Notes under the pieces: model-generated
Told to the model about the DNA's origin: nothing
The model's input: the letters and a program-made list of their open reading frames with translations, nothing else
The model's database searches: none
Made by a program: the position numbers and the translations under genes
In this document: piece after piece, positions 10,103-21,914 of the stretch
Numbering within the stretch: position 1 is the first letter of the stretch
Layout: every line of letters starts with the position of its first letter
DNA from: Octopus vulgaris
Lineage: Eukaryota
Direction of reading: 5' to 3'
NCBI GenBank assembly: GCA_951406725.2
Contig: OX597824.1
Coordinates: forward strand, 21,390,001 to 21,454,000
DNA: 64,000 bases

Positions 10103-11227
10103 TCACTCTATATATAAAGCTGAAGTTGTCTGTGTATGGCAGGTTCGGTAGCCTTCAACTAACACTATCTCCTCTGAGACCCTGCAGCGCAAGTTGACCA
10201 AAATTGAGAGTATGATAGAAGAAGGCTTGCTCTTCCTTCCATAGAAGAAAAATTCAAATCGGACCATGTTAACACCAAAAATGATCTCTCTCTATATAAA
10301 GCTGAAGTTGTCTGTGTATGGCAGGTTTGGTAGCCTTCAACTAACACTATCTCCTCCGAGACCCTGCGGCGCAAGTTGACCAATATTGAGAGTATGATAG
10401 AAGAAGGCTTGCTCTTCCTTCCATAGAAGAAAAAATTCAAATCGGACCATGTTAACACCAAAAATGATCTCTCTCTATATAAAGCTGAAGTTGTCTGTGT
10501 ATGGCAGGTTTTGTAGCCTTCAACTAACACTATCTCCTCCGAGACCCTGCGGCGCAAGTTGACCAAAATTGAGAGTATGATAGAAGAAGGCTTGCTCTTC
10601 CTTCCGTAGAAGAAAAAATTCAAATCGGACCATGTTAACACCAAAAATGATCTCTCTCTATATAAAGCTGAAGTTGTCTGTGTATGGCAGGTTTGGTAGC
10701 CTTCAACTAACACTATCTCCTCCGAGACCCTGCGGCGCAAGTTGACCAATATTGAGAGTATGATAGAAGAAGGCTTGCTCTTCCTTCCATAGAAGAAAAA
10801 ATTCAAATCGGACCATGTTAACACCAAAAATGATCTCTCTCTATATAAAGCTGAAGTTGTCTGTGTATGGCAGGTTTTGTAGCCTTCAACTAACACTATC
10901 TCCTCCGAGACCCTGTGGCACAAGTTGACCAAAATTGAGAGTATGATAGAAGAAGGCTTGCTCTTCCTTCCATAGAAGAAAAAATTCAAATCGGACCATG
11001 TTAGCACCAAAAATTATTTACATCAAAAAGGTACTTTTTTTCTATGAAAATCCCTACTTTTTTACGATTTTTTTTACTGCTGTGTCGCCATTTTTCGGTG
11101 TATTTCAACCAGAAAAATGTTCACTTAAAGAGAATAACAAGCTACATAATTCAAAATTTTTACTTTTCAAAAATTCCAATTCTAAAGGGTTGCAACAAAC
11201 CCGAGCAATGCCGGGCGATACTGCTAG
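10103..11227 (+). mobile_element. Helitron-like element H1 with five tandem 183-bp copies of its 5' part
   Basis: aaagctgaagttg recurs at 10116, 10298, 10481, 10664 and 10847; ends cccgagcaatgccgggcgatactgCTAG-T. Confidence 0.8.
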
Positions 11228-11467
11228 TAAAAATCTAAAATTAGGGAATGGAGCAGGTAAAATCCAGGCTACATATGTTCCTTAGTTAAAAGAACCTCAG
11301 AAGTAGTGATTGCCCAAGCGAGAGGTGATCCGCTAGCTACCTGTTGGGCCAAAGACATCTTAATGAAATAAGGTTTACATTGTCGTCAAGGGATCCCATG
11401 TTAACACGCAGGAGATTCAGTGCACACACACATATACATGTGGTAGCTATCAACTTATAGGTGAGTG

Positions 11468-11790
11468 TGAAGGCATGTAACTTAGTGGTTAGGGCTTTTG
11501 GTTTACGATCGTAAGGTCATGAGTTCAATTCCCGGTGGCACGTTATCTCCTTGAGCAAGACACTTTATTTCACACTGCTCCAGTCCACTCAGCTGGCAAA
11601 AATGAGTAGTCCCTGTATTTCAAAGGGCCAGCCTTGTCACACTCTGTGTCATGCTGAATCTCCCTGAGAACCACATTAAAGGCACACGTGTCTGTGGAGT
11701 ACTCAGCCACTTGCACATTAATTTCACAAGCAAGATGTTCTGTTGATCATATCAGCTGGAACCCTTGTTGTCATAACCGACAGATTGCCC
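11468..11790 (+). mobile_element. tRNA-derived SINE family E
   Basis: tagtggttag..gagttcaattccc head; ccttgagcaagacactttatttcac body; related copies at 26315, 34236, 37977 and 52240. Confidence 0.7.
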
Positions 11791-12046
11791 CTTTTTAAAT
11801 AGATGAGTTGAACCATCACTGACAGATTATCTTCTCCTAGATGTTAAGGGCAGTGTCAGCAATGCCTGTGCTGAAGTTTAAAGTCAATAACAGCTTGCAC
11901 AACACTGCCAAGACTCCCACCTGCAAAGATAAGTAGTTCAAATCCTGAGTTCAAATCTTGTCACAACTTCCTTGAGAAGTAGACTTAATCTATCACCTGG
12001 TTTAATGATTCTAATTGGCACCTTAGTTAGTTAGTTCTCTCTAAAC

Positions 12047-12719
12047 CATAGGTCTTCAAAGTGGGCGTTACTGCCCCCCTATGGGCATTGAAATGGTCCA
12101 GGTGGGCGCTGGTGCATAAGGTGGTGGGGGTTAGAGAAAAAGGAGGCATTGGGAGGAAGGCAATGAATTGGGGGACACTATGAATTTATTATGATATTAT
12201 TATAGTATTGTATACAAATTATATAATACTAGCACTATGACCCGGTGTTGCCAGGTCATACTGCTAGTGCATGCATATACTACTGCGTGCGTGCGCACAT
12301 ACACATGAGTACTGTCCAAATTTCCGACCAATCACATACAGCTAGCTGGCATTCAATTGGCATACCAAGTTTCGGGCATTTTGATTGGCTTTTGGATAGA
12401 AAATTCACAAAAAAGTCACTTCTATTGATTTTTTGGTGGCTTTGCGGGGTGACTGGGGAAATGTAAAGATGTGCACGACCACCCTTGGACGGTTGTGAAT
12501 GACCATAGAAAGTGCGATTTGTATAAAGACAAACACACACACACATTTTTGCCGTTTATATATATAGAGATTATATTCAATATCGAATGACTCATAGTAT
12601 GTATAAATTAATAAAATATAAAATATTTATTTATACATAAAAATAGAGGTGGGGGCACTGGGGGTATTATGTGGCCATGAGCAGTGGGGGGCAGTGGTTC
12701 AAAAAGTTTGAGAACCTCT
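12047..12719. mobile_element. hAT-like MITE interrupted by a Helitron
   Basis: cataggtcttcaaa ... tttgagaacctct termini; approximate 8-bp TSD ctctaaac/ctttaaac. Confidence 0.55.
12229..12570 (-). mobile_element. Non-autonomous Helitron-like element, family H3
   Basis: - strand TC start and CTAG end at an A/T site; terminal hairpin. Confidence 0.65.
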
Positions 12720-12774
12720 TTAAACATTTGAGAACCTCTTTAAAAGACATATAAGGCTGTAACATGATCTCTCC

Positions 12775-14400
12775 AACCAGCTCTGTTTTTTGTCACTGGT
12801 CTGGTCTCATTTCAGTTTCTCAGACCTTTTTGTTGCCAATGGTCCTTCACCATGTGCTTTTAGGTGCCACGCTGCTCTTTTCTCCTCAGACTGTCACTTT
12901 AGTGCCACGATACAACCACTTTCCTGATCTTATCTGAGGATGTGTCCAATCCAGTTCCAGTGTCTGCATCATATTTCCTCACCGATCCTCTTGATGCCCC
13001 TCGTCATCTCAATTGTGTTACTTCAGACTCTTTGCTGCCACTCGATGACAAGTATTCTACTTAAGCATTGTAAACTGAAAATTCTCCATTGTTTTTCCAT
13101 AGGTGCCCTTAATGGCCCTCATTCTGTTGCAAACATTTGAGTCTGGTCTTCAGTTTGAAGAGACCTCCCTCCCTCCTGCAAGACTCAAAAGCTCTATGAA
13201 GGGTCTTGAGCATTGGCATCTCTCCAAACTGAAAGAAAAAGGATATAAAAAAAAGCAAGAACAAAACAAAAAGCATCTTTCAAGTTTTGGACCTCACAGA
13301 GACAATGACGAATGACCAAAACCTTTGGAATTATGCTGTGCTTGAGAAAACCCATCAAGCCGAATAAAATTGCAGTCATGGCAGATACTGGTGTCACGCA
13401 AATGTCACTCATGCTGGTGGCACATAGAAGCATCCATTACACTTTCAAAGTTGTTGGTCTAAGGAAGGGCATCCAGTCGTAGATACCATGCCAAATCAAA
13501 CTGGAACCTGGTGCTGCCATCCAGCTTGCCAGCCCATGTCAAGCTGTCCAACCCATGCCAGCATGGACAACGGATATTAAATAATGATGATGAAGAAAAT
13601 TTTTTTTAAGTGTCTTCCTTCATGGATATCTTGACATCACCATATCAATGCAGTTTCCTTCCCTTACATATTACAGCTGATTCCTCTTATGCTCCTTTGT
13701 ATTTTCCTTCTTAAGCAAGAACAAAAAGAAATCTCAGCTTTGAAATACAGGAAGTAAGAGTGAGAGAAAGTTGTGGTGAAAGAGTACAGCAGGGATCACC
13801 ACCATCCCCTGCCGGAGCCTCGTGGAGCTTTAGGTGTTTTCGTTCAATAAACACTCACAACGCCCGGTCTGGGAATCAAAACCACGATCCTACGACTGCG
13901 AGTCCGCTGCCCTAACAACTGGGCCATTGCGCCTCTGTTTGATTGAATATACAAGCTCTACTATTGATGATGGCAGCTTCTTTGTGTTTAAAGACCATGA
14001 GGAACTGTGGCATGTCCATACGTCCTTGAGTGGTCATCTAAACTGACCCTTGATGCTGTGAGGCATTTCTTTTAGTTTTCACATGGTAGTTTTCAAGTGA
14101 GAGCCAGTCTATGCAATCCAATCCCAAGTCTTTAGACTTGGAGGTCTAACCTCAGTGGCTCAGTGGGCTAAGATGGCTACAGTGATCAACAATTTGTAGG
14201 TTTTCCATCGGAGTGGTCATCACCTAGATGAATTGCCTTACAGGGCTGGAGAGCTCCACCTACCCTGGAGTTGCTGGAAGGGTGTCAAAGAAGGTATCAA
14301 ACTGCCTGAGGAACTTCGCTCCTTGATTTGCTGTTGAGGTCACCTTTCCTAGATTTTGTTTTCTTTCCCAATGCAGTTACTAGGTAGTGAGGGTTTGTGC
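12775..14400 (-). mobile_element. Degraded RTE LINE relic with nested insertions
   Basis: - strand RHWNWIGHILR motif at about 12940-12965; the same fragment is repeated at 14630-14825; interrupted by family C (13290-13592) and SINE D (13752-13935). Confidence 0.55.
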
Positions 14401-15274
14401 TTGGAATTTCATCCATAATTTGCTAATTTACCCTTAGCTGGGACCCTGACCAGGTCAGAGTAGACCTGGGGGTGGTAATGGCTAAGAAGTGGATCCACAC
14501 TCTTCAATACTCAGGAATTCCTGAACTAGGGCCCCACCACTGGATGCAGGTAAAAGTCTTACCCAGGACATTTACTAACTACACACACATGCACATACAA
14601 ACATACAAGTACAAACACACACACACACACTGTTTTTTGTCACTGATCTGGTCTCATTTCAGTTTCTCAGTCCTTTTTTGCTGCCTGTTCTTGTCAATGG
14701 TCCTTCACCATGTGGTTTTAGGTACCACGCTGCTCTTTTCTCCTCAGACTGTAACTTTAGTGCCATGATACAACCACTTTCCTGATCTTAACTGAGGATG
14801 TGTCCAATCTAGTTCCAGTGTGTCTGTGTGTTGACCCCAGTACTTGTTGATATATTTGACAGTGATGCTTATTGATATCTATTTGGTGTCGATAGAGTGT
14901 CAGACCCAAAGGCAAAACTGGTAAACACACACACACACACACACAAACATACACACACACAAGCACATTCATACAAAGAGCAGTTCTGGTTCTTTGTTCT
15001 CTGACAGCAGAACTTGCAAGTACGCTGCTATCAAACCTTTTTTGGCTCAAGTTAGCTATTTTTCTCTCCAGTAGCATGGAGAAGACAGAATTAAATATAT
15101 GGGAAGCAGCCAAAAAATTCTTGTTCAGGCCTCTGCATAAACATGCAGATGCACAGTCAACTGATAGAAGTCTCCTTTTTTATGTGTAACTTTTTACAGT
15201 TGCTTTTCCATGGTAGCATGGGTTAGAGAGATATATTATTGAGGCATTATATTACAACTGGCAGAATTGTTAGC

Positions 15275-15622
15275 ACGTCTCATACCCAAATCTTCAGTAA
15301 TAATGGACTGAACTGAACTGTAAGTAATCTGCTCTGATAACTCACAGATGGTGATTTGATGGTTTCCCCTCACAGCTGCATGTACATCTGCGATGTTTTT
15401 CTCAGTTCTGCTGGTTGCGGGTCTCCCAGAACGTCCGTCAATATGAACATATTTTTGGCCATCTTGGAAATGTCTGAACTGCTCGTACACTTGTGTGCGG
15501 CTCATACACTCCTCTCCATACACTTTCTGCAACTTTGCGTTGGCCTCTGAGCTGATATCACCATGACAACTTTCTTTATCATGTTCAATGCCACAGTCAC
15601 ACCCTACACATGTTCCTTTCAA
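15275..15622 (-). mobile_element. Mariner transposase N-terminal (HTH) relic
   Basis: KLQKVYGEECMSRTQVYEQFRHFQDG..D.RSGRPATSRT..SVQSIITEDLGMRR, typical of a mariner DNA-binding region. Confidence 0.85.
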
Positions 15623-15929
15623 GCACTGCTGTAAACAACAGAAGTGGGCTACAATGTTAAAACTTAAATGTATAATATATATATATATATATATAATTAT
15701 AATTAAGGGTATCTAAAAGATACCATCTTGCTAGAGATAGTAGTCAAAACTTGACTCTAAAACTACATCAAATATTCATTCAGCACTAGGAGAAAAGACA
15801 AAGAGACAAAATAAACTAGCAAAAAATTATTTGGATAATTCCAGATCTTGGATTTCTAGCTTTTATTCCCATGCTAGCCAGTTGATATGATCGGTATTTA
15901 AAAAAACAATCTTATCCTTATTTATATAA

Positions 15930-15962
<33 letters not shown>

Positions 15963-16302
15963 GAGAAAGAAGCAACAAGAATGGATTAGTTTTTAGTACA
16001 ATTGTTTCATACAAAGACAGGCTTTATTACAAGTTGCAAAAATTGCAGCAGATAAAAGTGTCCCGTACTCATCAGCTAAAATACATATGAGTTCTCTAGA
16101 CATCATATGCAACTTGTAATAAAGCCTGTCTTTGTATGAAACAATTGTACTAAAAACTAATCCATTCTTGTTGCTTCTTTCTTGTTTATAATCACCCCAC
16201 ATTACTGTATGGTTAACACCATATAGTTTTTCTGGTGCATCTAAGTTAAGTACACATTCAAGTAAATTCATTGGAATTTACTTGAATCTTAATTGCTTTG
16301 AT

Positions 16303-16305
<3 letters not shown>
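15963..16305. mobile_element. Fold-back Penelope-like pLTR relic within (TA)n
   Basis: About 75-bp inverted repeat, perfect by eye (15964-16038 / 16108-16182); hammerhead on the - strand; shares ttataatcacccc..tatgg..acc with 3390-3430. Confidence 0.6.
15991..16081 (-). ncRNA. Type I hammerhead ribozyme motif with long stem II
   Basis: - strand reads TTTTAG-CTGATGA-GTAC..GTAT-GAAAC-AATT-GTA-CTAAAA; all core nucleotides present; 6-bp stem I; palindromic stem III. Confidence 0.78.
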
Positions 16306-16336
<31 letters not shown>

Positions 16337-16549
16337 ATATATATATATGTATGTATATATATATTATATATGGCTTAGCATGTACATTATATATTTCCTT
16401 TGGCATGTGTTGGGTTGATAATAACTCCTATACAATCTATTATTCAATTACTCTTTGTCAATAGTATTCTTCTAGCTAGATAGCAGTGTCCTATTATAAG
16501 ACCCTATTTTCCCTCCACCCCCACTAAATATCATACTAATTATTTAACT

Positions 16550-17489
16550 GTCAGGATGCCAGTGTTGCATGTCTGGCCCATTTAAAAGTACCCTTGATGC
16601 ACTGGGTGATATGGTAAGCTTGAGAAAACCTGTTGAGTCAAGTAAAACCAAAATTGTAGCTGTGACCAGTGCCCCCTGACTGGTTCCCGTGCCTGTGGCA
16701 TGTAAAAAGCACTATCCAAATGTGGTTGATGCCAAGTCCACCTGACTGGCTCCTGTGCTGGTAGCATGTAAAAAGCAACCACTACACTCTCAGAGTGGTT
16801 GGCACTAGGAGGGGTATCCAGCTGTAGAAACATTGCCTGATCAGATTGGAACCTGGTGCAGCCACTAGCTCTCCAGACCTTCGTCAAGCCATCCAACCTA
16901 TGCCAGCATGGAAAACGGACATTAAATGATGATGATGATGATTCAGTGATGTTTTTGTTATGTCTTGGGAGAGCCATCATGCCAAGGATAACCAATAATA
17001 ATCAAAGTGTTATGTAAAAAGCATTGGTGTGGGTGCCACATAAAAAGCACTGGTAATGGTGCCATGTAAAAGCACCCAGTACACTCTGTAGAGTGGTTGG
17101 TGTTAGGAAGGGCATCCAGCTGCAGAAACCAATCCAAAACAGATTATTATGGAACCTGGCCTTGCCAGTTCCTGTCAAGCCATCCAACCCATGCCAGCAT
17201 GGAAAATAGACACTAAATGATGATGATGTATTATTCCGTGTCATTCACATTCTACAAACCCATCAAGCGAAGTGAAATCATAGTCAACGCAGAACTGGTG
17301 TCACACAAGTAGCACCATTGCTTGTGGCACATAAAAGCACCCATTACACTCACAAGTTCCAGTTGGCGTTACGAAGGGCATTCAGCCATAGAAACCATAC
17401 CAAATCAGACTGGGGTCTGGTGCAGCCCCTCAGGTTACCAGCCCTGGTCGAACCGTCCAACCCATGCCAACATGGACAAGGGATGCTAA

Positions 17490-17525
<36 letters not shown>
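16550..17525 (+). mobile_element. Three consecutive RTE 3'-UTR fragments (family C)
   Basis: Each ends ccaacccatgccagcatgga..taaa(tga)n, at about 16940, 17228 and 17525. Confidence 0.7.
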
Positions 17526-17527
<2 letters not shown>

Positions 17528-17551
17528 GAGGAGGAATAACAACACATGCCC

Positions 17552-18370
17552 AGGTTCAGTTCCATTTCTTTGTTGTTAGTCAATTGGTTAAGTATCTAAC
17601 CAACTGACTGACGGATCATTTGTTTAATATGCTAATTAAACAATCAATTGGTTGTTTGCTCTTTTGCTTGTTTCAGTCATTTCACTGTTGCCATGCTGGA
17701 GCACCACCTTTAGTCGAGCAAATTGACCCCAGGATTTATTCTTCGTAAACCTAGTACTTATTCTATCAGTCTCTTTCACTGAACTGCTAAGTTACAGGGT
17801 GTAAACACACCAGCATCGGTTGTCAAGCGATGTTGGTGGGGACAAACACAGACACACAAACATATATATATACATATACATATATATGATGGGCTTCTTT
17901 CAGTTTCCGTCCACCAAATCCACTCACAAGGCTTTGGTCGGCCTTGGGCGAGAGTAGAAGTCACTTGCCCAAGGTGCCACGCAGTGGGACTGAACCCAGA
18001 ACCATGAGGTTCGTAAGCAAGCTACTTGCCACACAGCCATTCCTACGCCTATGTTAGTTAGTTTTGTTAGTCAAAATTCCTTCGTCACTGTTCATGATGT
18101 TTTCAGTGACTTAGTGACTTCCCCCTGTGCTTCGAGGCCTGCAAGGTCTGCCAAGACCAATTCTCAGATGAACTCAAAGCAGATGTTGCAGACCTCGGAG
18201 TGTGAAGGACAGTCGCTAAGTCACTGAAAATGTCACGAACGGTGATGAAAGAACTTTGACTAACAATCATCTTACCAATTGTTTAACCAGTACATTAAAC
18301 AAACGATTGATTAATTAGTTAATTAAATATTTAACCAATTGATTCACAATGAAAAAGTGGAAATGAACCT
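17552..18370. mobile_element. Long-palindrome (fold-back) MITE interrupted by SINE B (17660-18050, -)
   Basis: aggttcagttccattt.. / ..aagtggaaatgaacct and gttagtcaaa..cagtgacttag / ctaagtcactg..tttgactaac arms; fragment also at 32900-33070. Confidence 0.65.
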
Positions 18371-18371
18371 T

Positions 18372-18772
18372 TCTTTACTTGTTTCAGTCATTTGACTGTG
18401 GCCATGCTGGAGCACCGCCTTTAGCCGAGCAAATCGACCCCAGGACTTATTCTTTATAAGCCTGGTACTTATTCTATCGGTCTCTTTAGCCGAATTGCTA
18501 AGTTACGGGGATGTAAACACACCAGCATCGGTTGTCAAGCGATGTTGGGGGGGGGACAAACACAGACACACAAACATATACACACACACACACATATATA
18601 CATATATACGACGAGCTTCTTTCAGTTTTCGTCTACCAAATCCACTCACAAGGCTTTGGTCAGCCTGAGGCTATAGTAGAAGACACTTGCCCAAGGTGCC
18701 ATGCAGTGGTAATGAACCCAGAACCATGTGGTTGGTAAGCAAGCTACTTACCACACAGCCACTCCTACGCCT
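18372..18772 (-). mobile_element. SINE family B
   Basis: Full-length reverse copy. Confidence 0.8.
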
Positions 18773-18791
18773 AGGAGTTGTTTTGCTATTA

Positions 18792-19525
18792 AAAATTCTT
18801 ATTTTGTTCTTTATTGAAATTAAACTTGCGCACCATACTTTCTTTAACGGGTGAAAAGCGGTCCTTGCCTTACTTATTCTCGTCTTAATATCTTCGTCTG
18901 TGCTGCCTGAAAATGTTATCATACTACCTAAATACGTAAACTCAGCTACATTCTCTAGTTCACTGGTTTCTGGTTTAATATGTTCACTGTTTTCTTCATT
19001 AATGCACATAATTTCTGATTTGTCGCAGTTGACTTTCAATCCTAGTTTGGCAGCTATTGCTTCTAATTTTTAACACTAGCGTAAAAGCGGTGTTATTGTA
19101 TGGGGCTGAGACATGGCGAACTGCATTTAAGTCAAATAAGCAAATACAACCATACATCAACAGATGCTTGCATAGTATACTTAAAATTAGATGGCCAGAA
19201 CACATAAGCAATATGGAGCTATGGCAAAGAACAAATCAAGTTTCGATTAGGGAGCAGATATTTAAGGAAAAGTGGAAGTGGATTAGTAGCACAATTAGAA
19301 AAGACACACCAAATGTAGCGAAAAGTGCTTTACAGTGGAAACCAGATGGATATAGAAGGAGAGGTAGGCCTAAGAACTCGTGGTGAAGATCAACACAGAT
19401 GGAACTAGAGAAAGGGGGACATTCATGGCAGAGTATAAGTACTGAAGTGAAAAATTATGCGACATGGAATTCAGCTATAAGTGGCCTATACTCCGCGTTG
19501 GAGGGTTAAAGGCAGCAAGAAAAAA
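18792..19525. mobile_element. RTE-clade LINE 3' fragment with 5' inversion
   Basis: - strand LGLKVN..FTYLGS..DIKTRISKARTAF; + strand IFNTSVKAVLLYGAETW..RRRGRPKNSW; TSD tgttttgctatta at 18779-18791 and 19526-19538. Confidence 0.9.
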
Positions 19526-20639
19526 TGTTTTGCTATTATTGGCATCATAGCTCTCTGAAGGCTCAACAAAATGTGCTTCAACATATAAATTCACATTAAG
19601 AATCTTACAAACCCAATACAAAAATTCAATGCAGGTTATCTTTAAACTGTTTTTAAAAGAATGTACGACCTGTCATCTTATCTGTAGTATTTGTGTCACA
19701 TACAACTTGGAACAAAAGGGCTTAAGTGAAATGCCTCGGTTATAATTACATACATGCTTTTCTGGTGATAAAGAAGCTTAAAATACAGAGTGAAGTAAAA
19801 AATTATGCTATTTTGGAGATAAATTGATGAAAGGAGAATTGAAGAACCGGAAAAAATAATAAATAAGAGAAATGTAGTTTCATGAGTTTATCAGATACGA
19901 GACTTAATTTCAAGAATTTCTTATTTCTTGATGGAAATGAAGCAGTCAGCATAGGATGTCCAAATGATAAGTTCTGATTGTATTCCACTGATAAACTCTT
20001 GTGCCAGCCTCTGCTCATTTAAATAAATGATATAATTTGATATCTGTTTATCATATCTTTTATCTTTTACTTGTATTTAGTCATTGGACCGTGGCCATGC
20101 TGGGGCACTGACTCGAAAGGTTTATTCTGGTACTTTTATGTCTGCTACTTACTTGTTCTGTTGGTTTCTCTTTTGCTGAACTGCTAAGTTACAGGGGATG
20201 TAAACAAACCAACACCGGTTGTCAAGTGGTGTTGGGGACAAACACAACGACACACATACATATCATCATCATCATCATCATCATCATCGTTGTTTAACGT
20301 CTGCTTTCCATGCTGGCATGGGTTGGACGGTTTGACTGAGGATTGGCAAGCCAGAAGGCTGCACCAGGCTCCAATTTGATGTGGCAAAGTTTCTACAGCT
20401 GGATGCCTTTCCTAATGCCAACCACTGCAAGAGTGTAGTAGATGCTTTTTATGTGCCACTCACACGAGGGCCAGTCAAGCAGTACTGGCATCGACCATGC
20501 TTGAATGCTTATTTTTATTTCATGGTTGACAATTGTTTTGTCAACTCCATTGTGACTATTCACCCACATTATGTGTATATATGTCGGTTATCCATCATTG
20601 TCTGATGATGACTAAATTTGTGTTCTTAGCAATAAGAGT

Positions 20640-21575
20640 CACATGTGGTTCCATAGTTCAAAGCTGGAACCAAAGGTGCCCACATGTGTCACAACAATAA
20701 TCTGTTGAATGGATTGAGGTGGACGCTGCCCTGTGATGTCTTTCTCTTGCAGCCGCCAGATGCTGTCACTGATTCTCTTCAAAGGCAGCTACTGCTCATG
20801 AGGTGAGAAACTTCCATGCTAATCTGTCTGTGGCAGATGCTTCAAGTTCAAGTGGACTTGTGGTTACTTTTCAGGGTGTCCTTGTACCTTAGTTTAGACC
20901 TTCTTACATGTCTCAGAAACCTGGACGTTATCAAAGAAGCTTGAGAGGCAGTTGGATGGAACTTACACTCAGCCTCCTTATGAGAGCTCAAAATCTCTCG
21001 TGGAAGCGTCATCCAACCAAAGTACAAATATATGGGAAACTAGCACCTGTATCATCTCGTGAAAGGTAAAAGAGCCCAGTTTGCTGGACATTGTTGTAGA
21101 GCTGAAAACGAGGTAATTTCTACTCTTTTCCTCTAGAAGCCATCTGCTCACGATACCAGAGGGTGCACACTCTCCTAACCTGATGTAATCTCCAGGGATA
21201 CAGGCATCCAGCAAAAGGACCTCCGTAATGCTATGATGGACCGTGAAGTCTGGCGTAACATAGTAAATTACATTGTCTCGACCACAGCCGAACAATAAAT
21301 AAATGAATGAGCCCTGTGTGAGCTCGCAATACAACAGTTGTCTGGGTACACGGTTGTCAATTAATCTAATTACAAGTCCAGTCCAGCATAATTGAGCCTT
21401 CAGCAACATTGACTCAATGTTTGTTGAACCAGCTCTGTACAGCACTTCTGGGTTTGCCCATGATTCTGTGCAGTGCCCTCGTGTAAAACTGTTCCAGCTG
21501 TTTGATAGGCCAGCAATATGGGGTCCATGTTTCACATCCATAGAGTAGTATAAAGGCAACCACAGCCTTGTAGAT
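20640..21575 (-). mobile_element. RTE (BovB-like) LINE 3' relic
   Basis: EVLYRAGSTNIESMLLKAQLCWTGLVIR..PRQLLYCELTQG, then KLRYKDTLK after a nested insert. Confidence 0.8.
20905..21310 (+). mobile_element. Second RTE-type LINE 3' end nested in the opposite orientation
   Basis: DVISRDTGIQQKDLRNAMMDREVWR C-terminus with an (AAT/ATGA)-type tail. Confidence 0.6.
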
Positions 21576-21579
21576 GTTT

Positions 21580-21809
21580 TTTATTTCTTTATTGCCCGCA
21601 AGGGGTTAAGCATAGAGGGGACAAACAAGGACAGACAAAGGTATTAAGTCGATTCCATCGACTCCAGTGCGTAACCGGTACTTAATTTATCTACCCCAAA
21701 AGGATGAGAGGCAAAGTCGACCTCTGCAGAATTTGAGCTCAGAATGTAATGGCAGATGAAATACTGCTAAGCATTTTGCCCAGGGTGCTAACCTTTCTGC
21801 CAGCTCGCC
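21580..21809 (-). mobile_element. SINE family A with TSD
   Basis: Flanked by the direct repeat ttgtagatgttt. Confidence 0.8.
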
Positions 21810-21914
21810 TTGTAGATGTTTCACTCACAATGCATTAATTAGCCCAGGGCTATAGTAGAAGACACTTGCTCAAAGACAACCTGAAATTTCTTAACCACGC
21901 AGCCATGCCTATGC

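Noticed and set aside
10165-11010. 281-aa ORF with a 61-aa repeat
   Set aside because: It arises from the 183-bp (multiple of 3) tandem unit of a non-coding Helitron-like element and has no known domain.
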